DNA of 64,000 nucleotides, taken from positions 14,642,698-14,706,697 of the forward strand of contig OZ037765.1 of the NCBI GenBank assembly GCA_964035545.1, read 5' to 3'. Source of the stretch: Bugula neritina (Eukaryota > Animalia > Bryozoa). Below, piece after piece: positions 44,605 through 61,400 of the stretch; position 1 is the stretch's first letter, and every line of letters starts with the position of its first letter. Both the position numbers and the translations under genes were made by a program. The notes beneath the pieces are model-generated. The model saw only the letters and a list, made by a program, of their open reading frames with translations, made no database searches and was not told the origin of the DNA.

Positions 44605-47600
44605 TTTTGGCACTTTTTAGCACATTCAGGCACTCTTTAGCACATTTAGCCACTTTTAGCATATTTAAGCGCTTTTTAGCACATTTCGGCACTTTTTAGC
44701 ACATTTAGGGACTTTTTAGAAATTTAGGCACTTTCTAGCACATTTAGGCACTTTTTAGCACATTTAGTCACTTTTTAGCATGTTTAGGCACTTTTTAGCA
44801 CATTTAGCCACTTTCAGCATATTTAGGCACTTTAAAGCACATTTAGGCACTTTTTAGCACATTTAGGCACTTTCTAGCACATTTAGCAACTTTTAGCTCA
44901 TTTAAGCATTTTTTAGCACATTTAGGCACTTTTTAGCACATTTAGGCATTTTTTAGCACATTTAGACACTTTTTAGCACATTTAGGTACTTTTTAACACA
45001 TTTAGGTACTTTATAGCACATTTAGCCACTTTTAGCACATTTAAGCATTTTTTAGCAGATTTAGGCACTTTTTAGCACATTTAGTCACTTTTTAGCACGT
45101 TTAGGCACTTTTTAGCACTTTTAGGCACTTTCTAGCACATTTAGGCACTTTTTAGCACATTTAGGCTCTTTTTAGCACATTTAGCCACTTTTAGCACATT
45201 CAGGCACTTTTTAGCACATTTAGTGACTTTTTAGCACATTTAGGCACTTTTTGGCTCATTTAGGCACTTTTTAGCACATTCAAGCACTTTTTAGCACATT
45301 TAGGCACTTTTTAGCACATTGAGGCACTTTTTAGCACATTCAGCCACTTTTAGCACTTTTAGGCACTTTTTAGCACATTTAGGCACTTTTTAGCACATTT
45401 AGCCACTTTTAGCACATTCAGACACTTTTTAGCATATTTAGGCCCTTTTAAGCACATTTGGGCACTTTTTAGCACATTTAGGCACTTTTTAGCACATTTA
45501 GCAACTTTTAGCACATTTAGGTACTTTTTAGCACATTTGGGCACTTTTTAGCAGATTTAGGCACTTTTTAGCACATTTAGCAACTTTTAGCACATTTAGG
45601 CACTTTTTAGCACATTTAGGCACTATTCAGCACATTTTGCCACTTTTACCACATTTAGGCACTTTTTAGCACATTTAGGCACTTTTTAGCACATTTAGGC
45701 ACTTTTTAGCACATTTAAGCATTTTTTAGCACATTTAGGCACTTTTAGCACATTAGGGCACTTTTCAGCACATTTAGGCACTTTTTAGCATATTTAGGCA
45801 CTTTTTAGCACATTAAGGCACTATTTAGCACATTTAGCCACTTTAAGGACATTTAGGCACTTTTTAGCACATTTAGGCACTTTTAGCACATTAGGGCACT
45901 TTTTAGCACATTTAGGCACTTTTTAGCACATTTAGGCACTATTTAGCACATTTAACCGTTTTAAGCACATTTAGGCACTTTAGCAGACTTAGGCACTTTT
46001 TAGCACATTTAGGCACTTTTAGCACAGTTAGCCACTTTGAGCACTTATAGGCACTTTTTAGCACATTCAGGCATTTTCTGGCACATTAAGGCACTTTTTA
46101 GCACATTTAGCCACTCATAGCACATTTAGGCACTTTTTAGCACATTTAGGCACTTTTTAGCACATTTAGGCATTTTTTAGCCTATTTAGGCACTTTTTAG
46201 CACATTTAGGCACTTTTAGCACATTAGGGCACTTTTCAGCACATTTAGGCACTTTTTAGCACATTTAGGCACTTTTTAGCACATTTAGGCACTATTTAGC
46301 ACATTTAGCCACTTTAAGCACATTTAGGCACTTTATAGCACAGTTAGGCACTTTTTAGCACATTTAGGCACTTTTAGCACATTAAGGCACTTTTTAGCAC
46401 AATTAGGCATTATTTAGCACATTTAGGCACTTTTTAGCACATTTAGGTACTATTTAGCACATTTAGGCACTCTTTAGCACATGTAGGCACTTTTTAGCAC
46501 ATTTAGGCACTTTTTAGCACATTTAGGCACTTTTTAGCACATTTAGGCACTTTTTAGTACATTTAAGCACTTTTAGCACATTTAGGCACTTTTTAGCACA
46601 TTTAGGCACTTGCTAGCACATTTAGGCACTTTTAAGCACAATTAGGCTCTTTTTAGCACATTTAGGCGCTTTTTAGCACATTTAGCCAGTTTGAGCACAT
46701 TTAGGCACTTTTTAGCACATTTAGGCACTTTTTAGCACATTTAGGCACTTTTCCAGCACATTTAGCCACTTTTATCACATTTAGGCACTTTTTAGCACAT
46801 TTAGGCACTTTTTAGCACATTTAGGCACTTTTTAACACATTTAGGGACTTTATAGCACATTTAGCCACTTTTAGCACATTTAAGCAGTTTTTAGCACTTT
46901 TAGGCACTTTCTAGCACATTTAGGCACTTTTTAGCACATTTAGGCTCTTTTTAGCACATTTAGCCACTTTTAGCACATTCAGGCACTTTTTAGCACATTT
47001 AGTGACTTTTTAGCAAATTTAGGCACTTTTTAGCTCATTTAGGCACTTTTTAGCACATTCAAGCACTTTTTAGCACATTTAGGCACTTTTTAGCACATTG
47101 AGGCACTTTTTAGCACATTCAGCCATTTTTAGCACTTTTAGGCACTTTTTAGCACATTTAGGCACTTTTTAGCACATTTAGGCACTTTTTAGCACATTTA
47201 GGCACTTTTTAGCACATTTAGCCATTTCTTAGCACATTTAGGCACTTTTAGCACATTTAGGCACTTTTTAGCACATTCAGCCACCTTTAGCACTTTTAGG
47301 CACTTTAGGCACTTTTTAGCACATTTAGGCACTTTTTAGCACATTTAGCCATTTTTAGCACATTCAGACACTTTTTAGCATATTTAGGCCCTTTTAAGCA
47401 CATTTGGGCACTTTTTAGCACATTTAGGCACTTTTTAGCACATTTAGCAACTTTTAGCACATTTAGGTACTTTTTTAGCACATTTGGGCACTTTTTAGCA
47501 CATTTAGGCACTTTTTAGCACATTTAGCAACTTTTAGCACATTTAAGCACTTTTTAGCACATTTAGGCACTATTCAGCACATTTTGCCACTTTTACCACA

Positions 47601-50600
47601 TTTAGGCACTTTTTAGCACATTTAGGCACTTTTTAGCACATTTAGGCACTTTTTAGCACATTTAGGGACTTTATAGCACATTTAGCCACTTTTAGCACAT
47701 TTAAGCAGTTTTTTAGCACTTTTAGGCACTTTCTAGCACATTTAGGCACTTTTTAGCACATTTAGGCTCTTTTTAGCACATTTAGCCACTTTTAGCACAT
47801 TCAGGCACTTTTTAGCACATTAGTGACTTTTTAGCAAATTTAGGCACTTTTGGCTCATTTAGGCACTTTTTAGCACATTCAAGCACTTTTTAGCACATTT
47901 AGGCACTTTTTAGCACATTGAGGCACTTTTTAGCACATTCAGCCATTTTTAGCACTTTTAGGCACTTTTTAGCACATTTAGGCACTTTTTAGCACATTTA
48001 GGCACTTTTTAGCACATTTAAGGCACTTTTTAGCACATTTAGGCATTTCTTAGCACATTTAGGCACTTTTTAGCACATTTAGGCACTTTCTAGCACATTC
48101 AGGCCACTTTTAGCACTTTTAGGCACTTCAGGCACTTTTTAGCACATTTAGGCACTTTTTAGCACATTTAGCCACTTTTAGCACATTCAGACACTTTTTA
48201 GCATATTTAGGCCCTTTTAAGCACATTTGGCACTTTTTAGCACATTTAGGCACTTTTTAGCACATTTAGCAACTTTTAGCACATTTAGGTACTTTTTAGC
48301 ACATTTGGGCACTTTTTAGCAGATTTAGGCACTTTTTAGCACATTTAGCAACTTTTAGCACATTTAGCACTTTTTAGCACATTTAGGCACTATTCAGCAC
48401 ATTTTGCCACTTTTACCACATTTAGGCACTTTTTAGCACATTTAGGCACTTTTTAGCACATTTAGTGACTTTTTAGCAAATTTAGGCACTTTTTAGCTCA
48501 TTTAGGCACTTTTTAGCACATTCAAGCACTTTTAGCACATTTAGGCACTTTTTAGCACATTGAGGCACTTTTTAGCACATTCAGCCATTTTTAGCACTTT
48601 TAGGCACTTTCTAGCACATTTAGGCACTTTTTAGCACATTTAGGCTCTTTTTAGCACATTTAGCCACTTTTAGCACATTCAGGCACTTTTTAGCACATTT
48701 AGTGACTTTTAGCAAATTTAGGCACTTTTTGGCTCATTTAGGGCACTTTTTAGCACATTCAAGCACTTTTTAGCACATTTAGGCACTTTTTAGCACATTG
48801 AGGCACTTTTTAGCACATTCAGCCATTTTTAGCACTTTTAGGCACTTTTAGCACATTTAGGCACTTTTTAGCACATTTAGGCACTTTTTAGCACATTTAG
48901 GCACTTTTTAGCACATTTAGGCATTTCTTAGCACATTTAGGCACTTTTTAGCACATTTAGGCACTTTCTAGCACATTCAGCCACTTTTAGCACTTTTAGG
49001 CACTTTTAGGCACTTTTTAGCACATTTAGGCACTTTTTAGCACATTTAGCCACTTTTAGCACATTCAGACACTTTTTAGCATATTTAGGCCCCTTTTAAG
49101 CACATTTGGGCACTTTTAGCACATTTAGGCACTTTTTAGCACATTAGCAACTTTTAGCACATTTAGGTACTTTTTAGCACATTTGGGCACTTTTTAGCAG
49201 ATTTAGGCACTTTTTAGCACATTTAGCAACTTTTAGCACATTTAGGCACTTTTAGCACATTTAGCCACTTTTAGCACATTCAGACACTTTTTAGCATATT
49301 TAGGCCCTTTTAAGCACATTTGGGCACTTTTTAGCACATTTAGGCACTTTTTAGCACATTTAGCAACTTTTAGCACATTTAGGTACTTTTTAGCACATTT
49401 GGGCACTTTTTAGCAGATTTAGGCACTTTTTAGCACATTTAGCAACTTTTAGCACATTTAGGCACTTTTAGCACATTTAGGCACTATTCAGCACATTTTG
49501 CCACTTTTACCACATTTAGGCACTTTTTAGCACATTTAGGCACTTTTTAGCACATTTAGGCATTTTTTAGCATATTTAGGCACTTTTTAGCACATTTAGG
49601 CACTATTTAGCACATTTAGCCACTTTAAGCACATTTAGGCACTTTTTAGCACATTTAGGCACTTTTTGGCACATTAGGCACTTTTTAGCACATTTAGGCA
49701 CTTTTTAGCACATTTAGGCACTATTTAGCACATTTAAACCGTTTTAAGCACATTTAGGCACTTTAGCAGACTTAGGCACTTTTTAGCACATTTAGGCACT
49801 TTTTAGCACAGTTAGCCACTTTGAGCACTTTAGGCACTTTTTAGCACATTCAGGCATTTTCTGGCACATTAAGGCACTTTTTAGCACATTTAGCACTCAT
49901 AGCACATTTAGGCACTTTTAGCACATTTAGGCACTATTTAGCACATTTAGGCATTTTTTAGCCTATTTAGGCACTTTTTAGCACATTTAGGCACTTTTAG
50001 CACATTAGGGCACTTTTCAGCACATTTAGGCACTTTTAGCACATTTAGGCACTTTTTAGCACTTTTAGGCACTATTTAGCACATTTAGCCACTTTAAGCA
50101 CATTTAGGCACTTTATAGCACAGTTAGGCACTTTTTAGCACATTTAGGCACTTTTTAGCACATTTAGGCATTTCTTAGCACATTTAGGCACTTTTAGCAC
50201 ATTCAGCCACTTTTAGCACTTTTAGGCACTTTTAGGCACTTTTAGCACATTTAGGCACTTTTTAGCACATTTAGCCTCTTTAGCACATTCAGACACTTTT
50301 TAGCATATTTAGGCCCTTTTAAGCACATTTGGGCACTTTTTAGCACATTTAGGCACTTTTTTAGCACATTTAGCAACTTTTAGCACATTTAGGTACTTTT
50401 TAGCACATTTGGGCACTTTTTAGCACATTTAGGCACTTTTTAGAACATTTAGCAACTTTTAGCACATTTAGGCACTTTTTAGCACATTAGGCACTATTCA
50501 GCACATTTTGCCACTTTTACCACATTTAGGCACTTTTTAGCACATTTAGGCACTTTTTAGCACATTTAGGCACTTTTTAGCACATTTAGGGACTTTATAG

Positions 50601-52485
50601 CACATTTAGCCACTTTTAGCACATTTAAGCAGTTTTTAGCACTTTTAGGCACTTTCTAGCACATTTAGGCACTTTTTAGCACATTTAGGCTCTTTTTAGC
50701 ACATTTAGCCACTTTTAGCACATCAGGCACTTTTTAGCACATTTAGTGACTTTTTAGCAAATTTAGGCACTTTTTGGCTCATTTAGGCACTTTTTAGCAC
50801 ATTCAAGCACTTTTTAGCACATTTAGGCACTTTTTAGCACATTGAGGCACTTTTTAGCACATTCAGCCATTTTTAGCACTTTTAGGCACTTTTTAGCACA
50901 TTTAGGCACTTTTTAGCACATTTAGGCACTTTTTAGCACATTTAGGCACTTTTTAGCACATTTAGGCATTTCTTAGCACATTTAGGCACTTTTTAGCACA
51001 TTTAGGCACTTTCTAGCACATTCAGCCACTTTTAGCACTTTTAGGCACTTTTAGGCACTTTTTAGCACATTTAGGCACTTTTTAGCACATTTAGCCACTT
51101 TTAGCACATTCAGACACTTTTTAGCATATTTAGGCCCTTTTAAGCACATTTGGGCACTTTTTAGCACATTTAGGCACTTTTTAGCACATTTAGCAACTTT
51201 TAGCACATTTAGGTACTTTTTAGCACATTTGGGCACTTTTTAGCAGATTTAGGCACTTTTTAGCACATTTAGCAACTTTTAGCACATTTAGGCACTTTTT
51301 AGCACATTTAGGCACTATTCAGCACATTTTGCCACTTTTACCACATTTAGGCACTTTTTAGCACATTTAGGCACTTTTTAGCACATTTAGGCATTTTTTA
51401 GCATATTTAGGCACTTTTTAGCACATTTAGGCACTATTTAGCACACTTAGCCACTTTAAGCACATTTAGGCACTTTTTAGCACATTTAGGCACTTTTGGC
51501 ACATTAGGGCACTTTTTAGCACATTTAGGCACTTTTTAGCACATTTAGGCACTATTTAGCACATTTAACCGTTTTAAGCACATTTAGGCACTTTAGCAGA
51601 CTTAGGCACTTTTTAGCACATTTAGGCACTTTTTAGCACAGTTAGCCACTTTGAGCACTTTTAGGCACTTTTTAGCACATTCAGGCATTTTCTGGCACAT
51701 TAAGGCACTTTTTAGCACATTTAGCCACTCATAGCACATTTAGGCACTTTTTAGCACATTTAGGCACTTTTTAGCACATTTAGGCATTTTTTAGCCTATT
51801 TAGGCACTTTTTAGCACATTTAGGCACTTTTAGCACATTAGGGCACTTTTCAGCACATTTAGGCACTTTTTAGCACATTTATGCACTTTTTAGCACTTTT
51901 AGGCACTATTTAGCACATTTAGCCACTTTAAGCACATTTAGGCACTTTATAGCACAGTTAGGCACTTTTTAGCACATTTAGGCACTTTTAGCACATTAAG
52001 GCACTTTTTAGCACAATTAGGCATTATTTAGCACATTTAGGCACTTTTTAGCACATTTAGGTACTATTTAGCACATTTAGGCACTCTTTAGCACATTTAC
52101 GCACTTTTTAGCACATTTAGGACTTTTTAGCACATTTAGGCTCTTTTTAGCACATTTAGCCACTTTTAGCACATTCAGGCACTTTTTAGCACATTTAGTG
52201 ACTTTTTAGCAAATTTAGGCACTTTTTGGCTCATTTAGGCACTTTTTAGCACATTCAAGCACTTTTTAGCACATTTAGGCACTTTTTAGCACATTGAGGC
52301 ACTTCTTAGCACATTCAGCCACTTTTAGCACTTTTAGACATTTCGAGGCACTTTTTAGCATATTTAGGCACTTTTTAGCACATTTAGGCACTTTTTAGCA
52401 CATTTAGGCACTTTTTAGCACATTTAAGCATTTCTTAGCACATTTAGGCACTTTTTAGCACATTTAGGCACTTTTTGGCACACCT
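44605..52485 (-). repeat. Satellite 1, inverted orientation: (TTTAGGCACTTTTTAGCACA)n, ~7.9 kb
   Basis: Continuous 19-20-bp tandem units with recurring variant blocks. Confidence 0.97.
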
Positions 52486-55400
52486 AAAGATACGGTGATA
52501 TACTGAAAGATACTGTAACACATTGAAAAACATTGCAACATACTGAAACATGCTGTAGCACACTGAAATTCACTGCAACTCACTGAAATATAGTGTAATA
52601 TACGGAAATGTACTGCAACATACTGAAATATACTGTAACACACTGAAATATACTGTAACATACTGAAATACACTGTAACATACTGAAATATACTGCAACA
52701 TACTGAAATACACTGTAACATACTGAAACATACTGCAACATACTGAAATACACTGTAACATACTGAAATACACTGCAACATACTGCAACATACTGAAATA
52801 TAATGCAAGATACTGCAACATACTGAAATACACTGTGACATACTGAAATACACTGTAACATATTGAAAAACACTGCAACACTTTGGAATATACAGCAACA
52901 TATCGAAATAATTATATGGTAACCTACTGAAATATGTTGCAAACCACTTAAATATACTGCAAAATACTGCAACATAATGAAATACACTGGAACATATTGA
53001 AATACACTGCAACACATTGAAATATACTGCAACACAATGAAACATACGGCAACATTCTGAAACATAGTGCGACACAATGAAATATACTGCAACATACTGA
53101 AAGATGCTGTAGCGTACTGAAATACACTGCAACACATTGAAGTATACTGTAATATACAGAAATGTACTGTAACATACTGAAACATACGTCAACATACTGA
53201 AATGTACTGCAACATGCTGAACTATACTGCAACATACTGAAATACACTGTAACATACTGAATTAAACTGCAACATACTGCAACATACTGAAGTAAGCTGT
53301 AGCATACTGAAATACATTGCAGCACACTGAAGCGTCCTGTAATATGCAGAAACGTACTGCAACATACTGAAATATACTGCAACAAACCGAAATTTATGGT
53401 ATACTGAAATATGTTGCAAACTAGTAAAATATACTGCAACATACCGAAAAATACTGCAACTGTGCAATATAATGAAATATACTGGAAAAATACTGAAATA
53501 TACTGCAACAATTTGAAAGTTACTGTATGATACTGAAATATACTGAAACACACTGAAACATACTGCAAGAGACTGCAACATACTGAAATACACTATAACA
53601 TATTGAAATACACTGCAACACATTGAAATATACTGCAACACAACGAAACAGACGGCAACATACTGAAACATAGTGCGACACATTGAAATATACTGCAACA
53701 TACTGAAACACGCTGTAGCATACTGAAATACACTGCAACACATTGAAGTATACTGTAATACAAAGAAATGTACTGTAACATACTGAAACATACGTCAACA
53801 TACTGAAATGTACTGCAACATGCTGAACTATACTGCAACATACTGAAATACACTGTAATATACTGAATTAAACTGCAACATACTGCAACATACTAAAATA
53901 AGCTGTAACATACTGAAATACATTGCAGCACACTGAAGCGTCCTGTAATATGCAGAAACGTACTGCAACATACTGAAATATACCGCAACAAACCGAAATT
54001 TATGGTATACTGAAATATGTTGCAAATTAGTAAAATATACTGCAACATACCAAGAAATACTGCAACTGTGCAATATAATGAAATATACGGCAAAAATACT
54101 GAAATATACTGCAAAAATTTGAAAGTTACTGTATGATACTGAAATATACTGAAACACACTGAAAATTACAGCAAGATACTGCAACATACTGAAATACACT
54201 ATAACATACTGAAATACACTGCAACATACTGCAACATACTGAATTACACTGTAACATATTGAAATACACTGCAATACATTGGAATTTACTGCAACACACT
54301 GAAATATACTGCAACATATTGAAATGTGCTGTAGGACACTGAAATTCACTGCAACTTACTGAAATATAGTGTAATATACGGAAATGTACTGTAACATACT
54401 GAAATACACTGCAACATACTGCAACTTACCGAAATACACTGGAACATATTGAAATACACTACAACATATTGAAATATACTGCAACACACTGAAACATACA
54501 GCAACATACTGAAATATACTGCGACACATTGAGATATACTGCAACATAGTTAAATATAATGCAAGATACTGCAGCATACTGAAATACACTGTGACATACT
54601 GAAATACACTGCAACATACTGCAACATAGGGCAACATACTGAAATACAATGCAACGCATTGAAATAAACCACAACATACCTAAATATACGGAAATATACT
54701 GAAATATACTGTAACACATTGAAAAACATTGCAACATACTGAAACATGCTGTAGCACACTGAAATACACTGTGACATACTGAGATACATTGCAACATACT
54801 GCAACATACTGCAACATACTGAAATACACTGCAACATATTGAAATACACTGCAACACATTGAAATATACTGCAACACAATGAAACATACGGCAACATTCT
54901 GAAACATAGTGCGACACAATGAAATATACTGCAACATACTGAAAGATGCTGTAGCGTACTGAAATACACTGCAACACATTGAAGTATACTGTAATATACA
55001 GAAATGTACTGTAACATACTGAAACATACGTCAACATACTGAAATGTACTGCAACATGCTGAACTATACTGCAACATGCTGAAATACACTGTAATATACT
55101 GAATTAAACTGCAACATACTGCAACATACTGAAGTAAGCTGTAGCATACTGAAATACATTGCAGCACACTGAAACGTCCTGTAATATGCAGAAACGTACT
55201 GCAACATACTGAAGTATACCGCAACAAACCGAAATTTATGGTATACTGAAATATGTTGCAAACTAGTAAAATATACTGCAACATACCGAAAAATACTGCA
55301 ACTGTGCAATATAATGAAATATACTGGAAAAATACTGAAATATACTGCAACAATTTGAAAGTTACTGTATGATACTGAAATATACTGAAACACACTGAAA

Positions 55401-58400
55401 CATACTGCAAGATACTGCAACATACTGAAATACACTATAACATACTGAAATACACTGCAACATACTGCGACATACTGCAACATACTGAATTACACTGTAA
55501 CATATTGAAATACACTGCAATACATTGAAATTTACTGCAACACACTGAAACATACTGCAACATACTGAAATATACTGCAACATATCGAAGTATATTGTAA
55601 TATACGGACATGTACTGTAACATACTGAAACATACTGAAACATGCTGAAATATACTTCAACATACTGAAATATACTGCAACATACTGCAACATACTGAAA
55701 TACACTGTAACATACTGAAATAAACTGCAACACATCGGAATAAACTGCAACATACCTAAATATACGGTAATGTCCTGAAATATACTGTTCACATTGAAAA
55801 ACACTGCAACATACTGAATTACACTGTAACATACTGAAATACACTGCAACATACTGCAACATACTGAAATACATTGGAACATATTGAAACACACTCCAAC
55901 ACATTGAAATATACTGCAACACACTGAAACATACAGCAACATACTGAAATATACTGCGACACATTGAAATATACTGCAACATAGTTAACTATAATGCAAG
56001 ATACTGCAACATTCTGAAATACACTGTGACATACTGAAACACACTGCAACATACTGCAACATACTGCAACATACTGCAACATACTGAAATACACTGTAAC
56101 ATATTGAAATACACTGCAACGCATTGAAATATACTGCAACACAATGAAACATACGGCAACATACTGAAGCATAGTGTGACACATTGAAATATACTGCAAC
56201 TTACCGAAACATGCTGTAGCATACTGAAATACACTGCAACACATTGAAGTATACTGTAATATACAGAAATGTACTGTAACATACTGAAACATACGTCAAC
56301 ATACTGAAATGTACTGCAACATGCTGAACTATACTGCAACATACTGAAATATACTGCAACATGTCGAAGTATATTGTAATATACGGACATGTACTGTAAC
56401 ATACTGAAACATACTGAAACATACTGAAATATACACCAACATACTGAAATATACTGCAACATACCGCAACATACTGAAATACACTGTAACTTACTGAAAC
56501 AAACCGCAACACATTGAAACAAACTGCAACATACCTAAATATACTGCAAAACATTGAAATATACTGCTACATACTGAAACATTCTGTAGCATACTGACAT
56601 ACACTGCAACACACTGAAGTATACTGTAATATACTGAAATACACTGTAAAATACTGAAATACACTGCAACATACTGAAATACACTGTAACCTACTGAAAT
56701 ACACTGCAACATACTACAACATACTGAAATACACTGTAACATTATGAATTACACTGCAAAACATTGAAATAAACTGCAACATCTCGAAATATATGGTAAA
56801 CAACTGAAATATACTGCAAAAATACTGAAATATACTGTAACATACTGAAAGATACTGCAACATACTGAAATACACCGTAACATACTGAAATACACGGCAA
56901 CATACTGCAACATACTGTATTACACTGTAACATCTTGAAATACACTGCAACACATTGAAAGTTACTGCAACATACTGAAACATACTGCAACATACTGAAA
57001 TATACTGCAACATATCGAAGTATATCGTAATATACAGACATGCACTGTAACATACTGAAACATACTGAAACATACTGAAACATACTGAAATATACTGGAA
57101 CATACCGAAATATACTTCAACATACTAAAATATACTGCAACATACCGCAACATACTGAAATACACTGCAACACATTGAAGTATACTGTAATATACAGAAA
57201 TGTACTGTAACATACTGAAACATACGTCAACATACTGAAATGTACTCCAACATGCTGAACTATACTGCAACATACTGAAATACACTGTAATATACTGAAT
57301 TAAACTGCAAGTCATTGTAATATACTGCAACATACTGAATCATACAGCAACATACTGAAATATACTGCAACACATTGAAATATACTGCAACATACTGCAA
57401 TATGCTGTAGCATACTGAAGTACATTGCAACACACTGAAGTATACTGTGATATGCAGAAACGTACAGCAACATACTGACATATTCCGCAACAAACCGAAA
57501 TTTATGGTATACTGAAATTTGTTGCAAACTAGTAAAATATACGGCAACATACAGAAAAATACTGCAACTGTGCAATATAATGAAATATACTGCAAAAATA
57601 CTGAAATATACTGCAACAATTTGAAAGTTACTGTATGATACTGAAAAATACTGAAACATACTGAGACATACTGCAACATACTGAAACATACTGCAACATA
57701 CTGAAATATACTGCAAGATACTGCAACATACTGAAATACACTGTAACATACTGAAATACACTGCAACATACTGCAACATACTGAAATACACTGGAACATG
57801 TTGAAATACACTACAACACATTGAAATATACTGCAACACACTGAAACATACAGCAATATGCTGAAATATACTGCGACACATTGAAATATACTGCAACATA
57901 GTTAACTAAAATGCAAGATACTGCAACATTCTGAAATACACTGTGACATACTGAAATACACTGCAACATACTGCAACATACTGCAACATACTGCAACATA
58001 CTGAAATACACTGTAACATACTGAAATACAAGGCAACATACTGCAACATACTGAAATACACTGCAACACATTGAAATAAACTGCAACATACCTAAATATA
58101 CGGAATATACCGAAATATACTGTAACACATTGAAAAACATTGCAACATACTGAAACATGCTGTAGCACACTGAAATACACTGTGACATACTGAGAAACAC
58201 TGCAACATACTGCAACATACTGCAACACACTGAAATACACTGTAACATATTGAAATACACTGCAACACATTGAAATATACTGCAACACAACGAAACAGAC
58301 GGCAACATACTGAAACATAGTGCGACACATTGAAATATACTGCAACATACTGAACCATGCTGTAGCATACTGAAATACACTGCAACACATTGAAGTATAC

Positions 58401-61400
58401 TGTAATACAAAGAAATGTACTGTAACATACTGAAACATACGTCAACATACTGAAATGTACTGCAACATGCTGAACTATACTGCAACATACTGAAATACAC
58501 TGTAATATACTGAATTAAACTGCAACATACTGCAACATACTAAAATAAGCTGTAACATACTGAAATACATTGCAGCACACTGAAGCGTCCTGTAATATGC
58601 AGAAACGTACTGCAACATACTGAAATATACCGCAACAAACCGAAATTTATGGTATACTGAAATATGTTGCAAACTAGTAAAATATACTGCAACATACCAA
58701 GAAATACTGCAACTGTGCAATATAATGAAATATACGGCAAAAATACTGAAATATACTGCAAAAATTTGAAAGTTACTGTATGATACTGAAATATACTGAA
58801 ACACACTGAAAATTACTGCAAGATACTGCAACATACTGAAATACACTATAACATACTGAAATACACTGCAACATACTGCAACATACTGAATTACACTGTA
58901 ACATTATGAAATACACTGCAATACATTGGAATTTACTGCAACACACTGAAATATACTGCAACACATTGAAATGTGCTGTAGGACACTGAAATTCACTGCA
59001 ACTTACTGAAATATAGTGTAATATACGGAAATGTACTGTAACATACTGAAATACACTGCAACATACTGCAACTTACCGAAATACACTGGAACTTATTGAA
59101 ATACACTACAACACATTGAAATATACTGCAACACACTGAAACATACAGCAACATACTGAAATATACTGCGACACATTGAGATATACTGCAACATAGTTAA
59201 ATATAATGCAAGATACTGCAGCATACTGAAATACACTGTGACATACTGAAATACACTGCAACATACTGCAACATAGGGCAACATACTGTAATACACTGCA
59301 ACGCATTGAAATAAACCGCAACATACCTAAATATACGGAAATAGACTGAAATATACTGTAACACATTGAAAAACATTGCAGTATACTGAAACATGCTGTA
59401 GCACACTGAAATACACTGTGACATACTGAGATACACTGCAACATACTGCAACATACTGCAACATAATGGAATACACTGTAACATATTGAAATACACTGCA
59501 ACACATTGAAATATACTGCAACACAATGAAACATACGGCAACATTCTGAAACATAGTGCGATACAATGAAATATACTGCAACATACTGAAAGATGCTGTA
59601 GCATACTGAAATACACTGCAACACATTGAAGTATACTGTAATATACAGAAATGTACTGTAACATACTGAAACATACGTCAACATACTGAAATGTACTGCA
59701 ACATGCTGAACTATACTGCAACATACTGAAATACACTGTAATATACTGAATTAAACTGCAACATACTGCAACATACTGAAATAAGCTGTAGCATACTGAA
59801 ATACATTGCAGCACACTGAAGCGTCCTGTAATATGCAGAAACGTACTGCAACATACTGAAATAAACCGCAACAAACCGAAATTTATGGTATACTGAAATA
59901 TGTTGCAAACTAGTAAAATATACTGCAACATACCGAAAAATACTGCAACTGTGCAATATAATGAAATATACTGGAAAAATACTGAAATATACTGCAACAA
60001 TTTGAAAGTTACTGTATGATACTGAAATATACTGAAACACACTGAAACATACTGCAAGATACTGCAACATACTGAAATACACTATAACATACTGAAATAC
60101 ACTGCAACATACTGCAACATACTGCAACATACTGAATTACACTGTAACATATTGAAATACACTGCAATACATTGAAATTTACTGCAACACGCTGAAACAT
60201 AGAGCAACATGCTGAAATATACTGCGACACATTGAAATATACTGCAACATAGTTAACTATAATGCAAGATACCGCAACATACTGAAATATGCTGTAGCAC
60301 ACTGAAATACAGTGCAACTCACTGAAATATAGTGTAATATACAGAAATGTACTGTAACATACTGAAATATACTGTAACATACTGAAATATACTGCAAAAT
60401 ACTGAAGTACACTGCAACATACTTCAACATACTGAAATACACTGGAACATATTGAAATACACTACAACACATTGAAATATACTGCAACACACTGAAACAT
60501 ACAGCAACATACTGACATATACTGCGACACATTGAGATATACTGCAACATAGTTAAATATAATGCAAGATAATGCAACATACTGAAATACACTGTGACAT
60601 ACTGAAATACACTGCAACATGCTGCAACATACTGCAACATACTGAAATACACTGCAACACATTGAAATGAACCGCAACATACCTAACTATACGGAAATAT
60701 ACTGAAATATACTGTAACACATTGAAAAACATTGCAACATACTGAAACATGCTGTAGCACACTGAAATACACTGTGACATACTGAGATACACTGCAACAT
60801 ACTGCAACATACTGCAACATACTGAAATACACTGTAACATATCGAAATATACTGCAACACAATGAAACATACGGCAACATACTGAAATATACTGCAAAAC
60901 ATTGAAATATACTGCTACATACTGAAACATGCTGTAGCATACTGAAATACACTTCAACACACTGAAGTTTACTGTAATATACAGAAATGTACTGTAACAT
61001 ACTGAAACATACGTCAACATACTGAAATGTACTCCAACATGCTGAACTATACTGCAACATACTGAAATACACTGTAATATACTGAATTAAACTGCAAGAC
61101 ATTGTAATATACTGCAACATACTGAATCATACGGCAACATACTGAAATATACTGCAACACATTGAAATATACTGCAACATATTGAAATATGCTGTAACAC
61201 ACTGAAATTCACTGCAACTTACTGAAATATAGTGTAATATACGGAAATGTACTGAAACATACTGATATATACTGTAACACACTGAAATATACTGTCACAT
61301 ACTGAAATATACTGTAAATTACTAGAATTATACTGCAACATTTTGCGACATACTGAAATACACTGTAACCTACTGAAATACACTGCAATATACTACAACA

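Noticed and set aside
44605-52485. TTAGGC telomere-like motif and KKCLNVLK ORFs
   Set aside because: TTAGGC is only part of a 20-bp unit, not a pure telomeric array; the ORFs are repeat translations.
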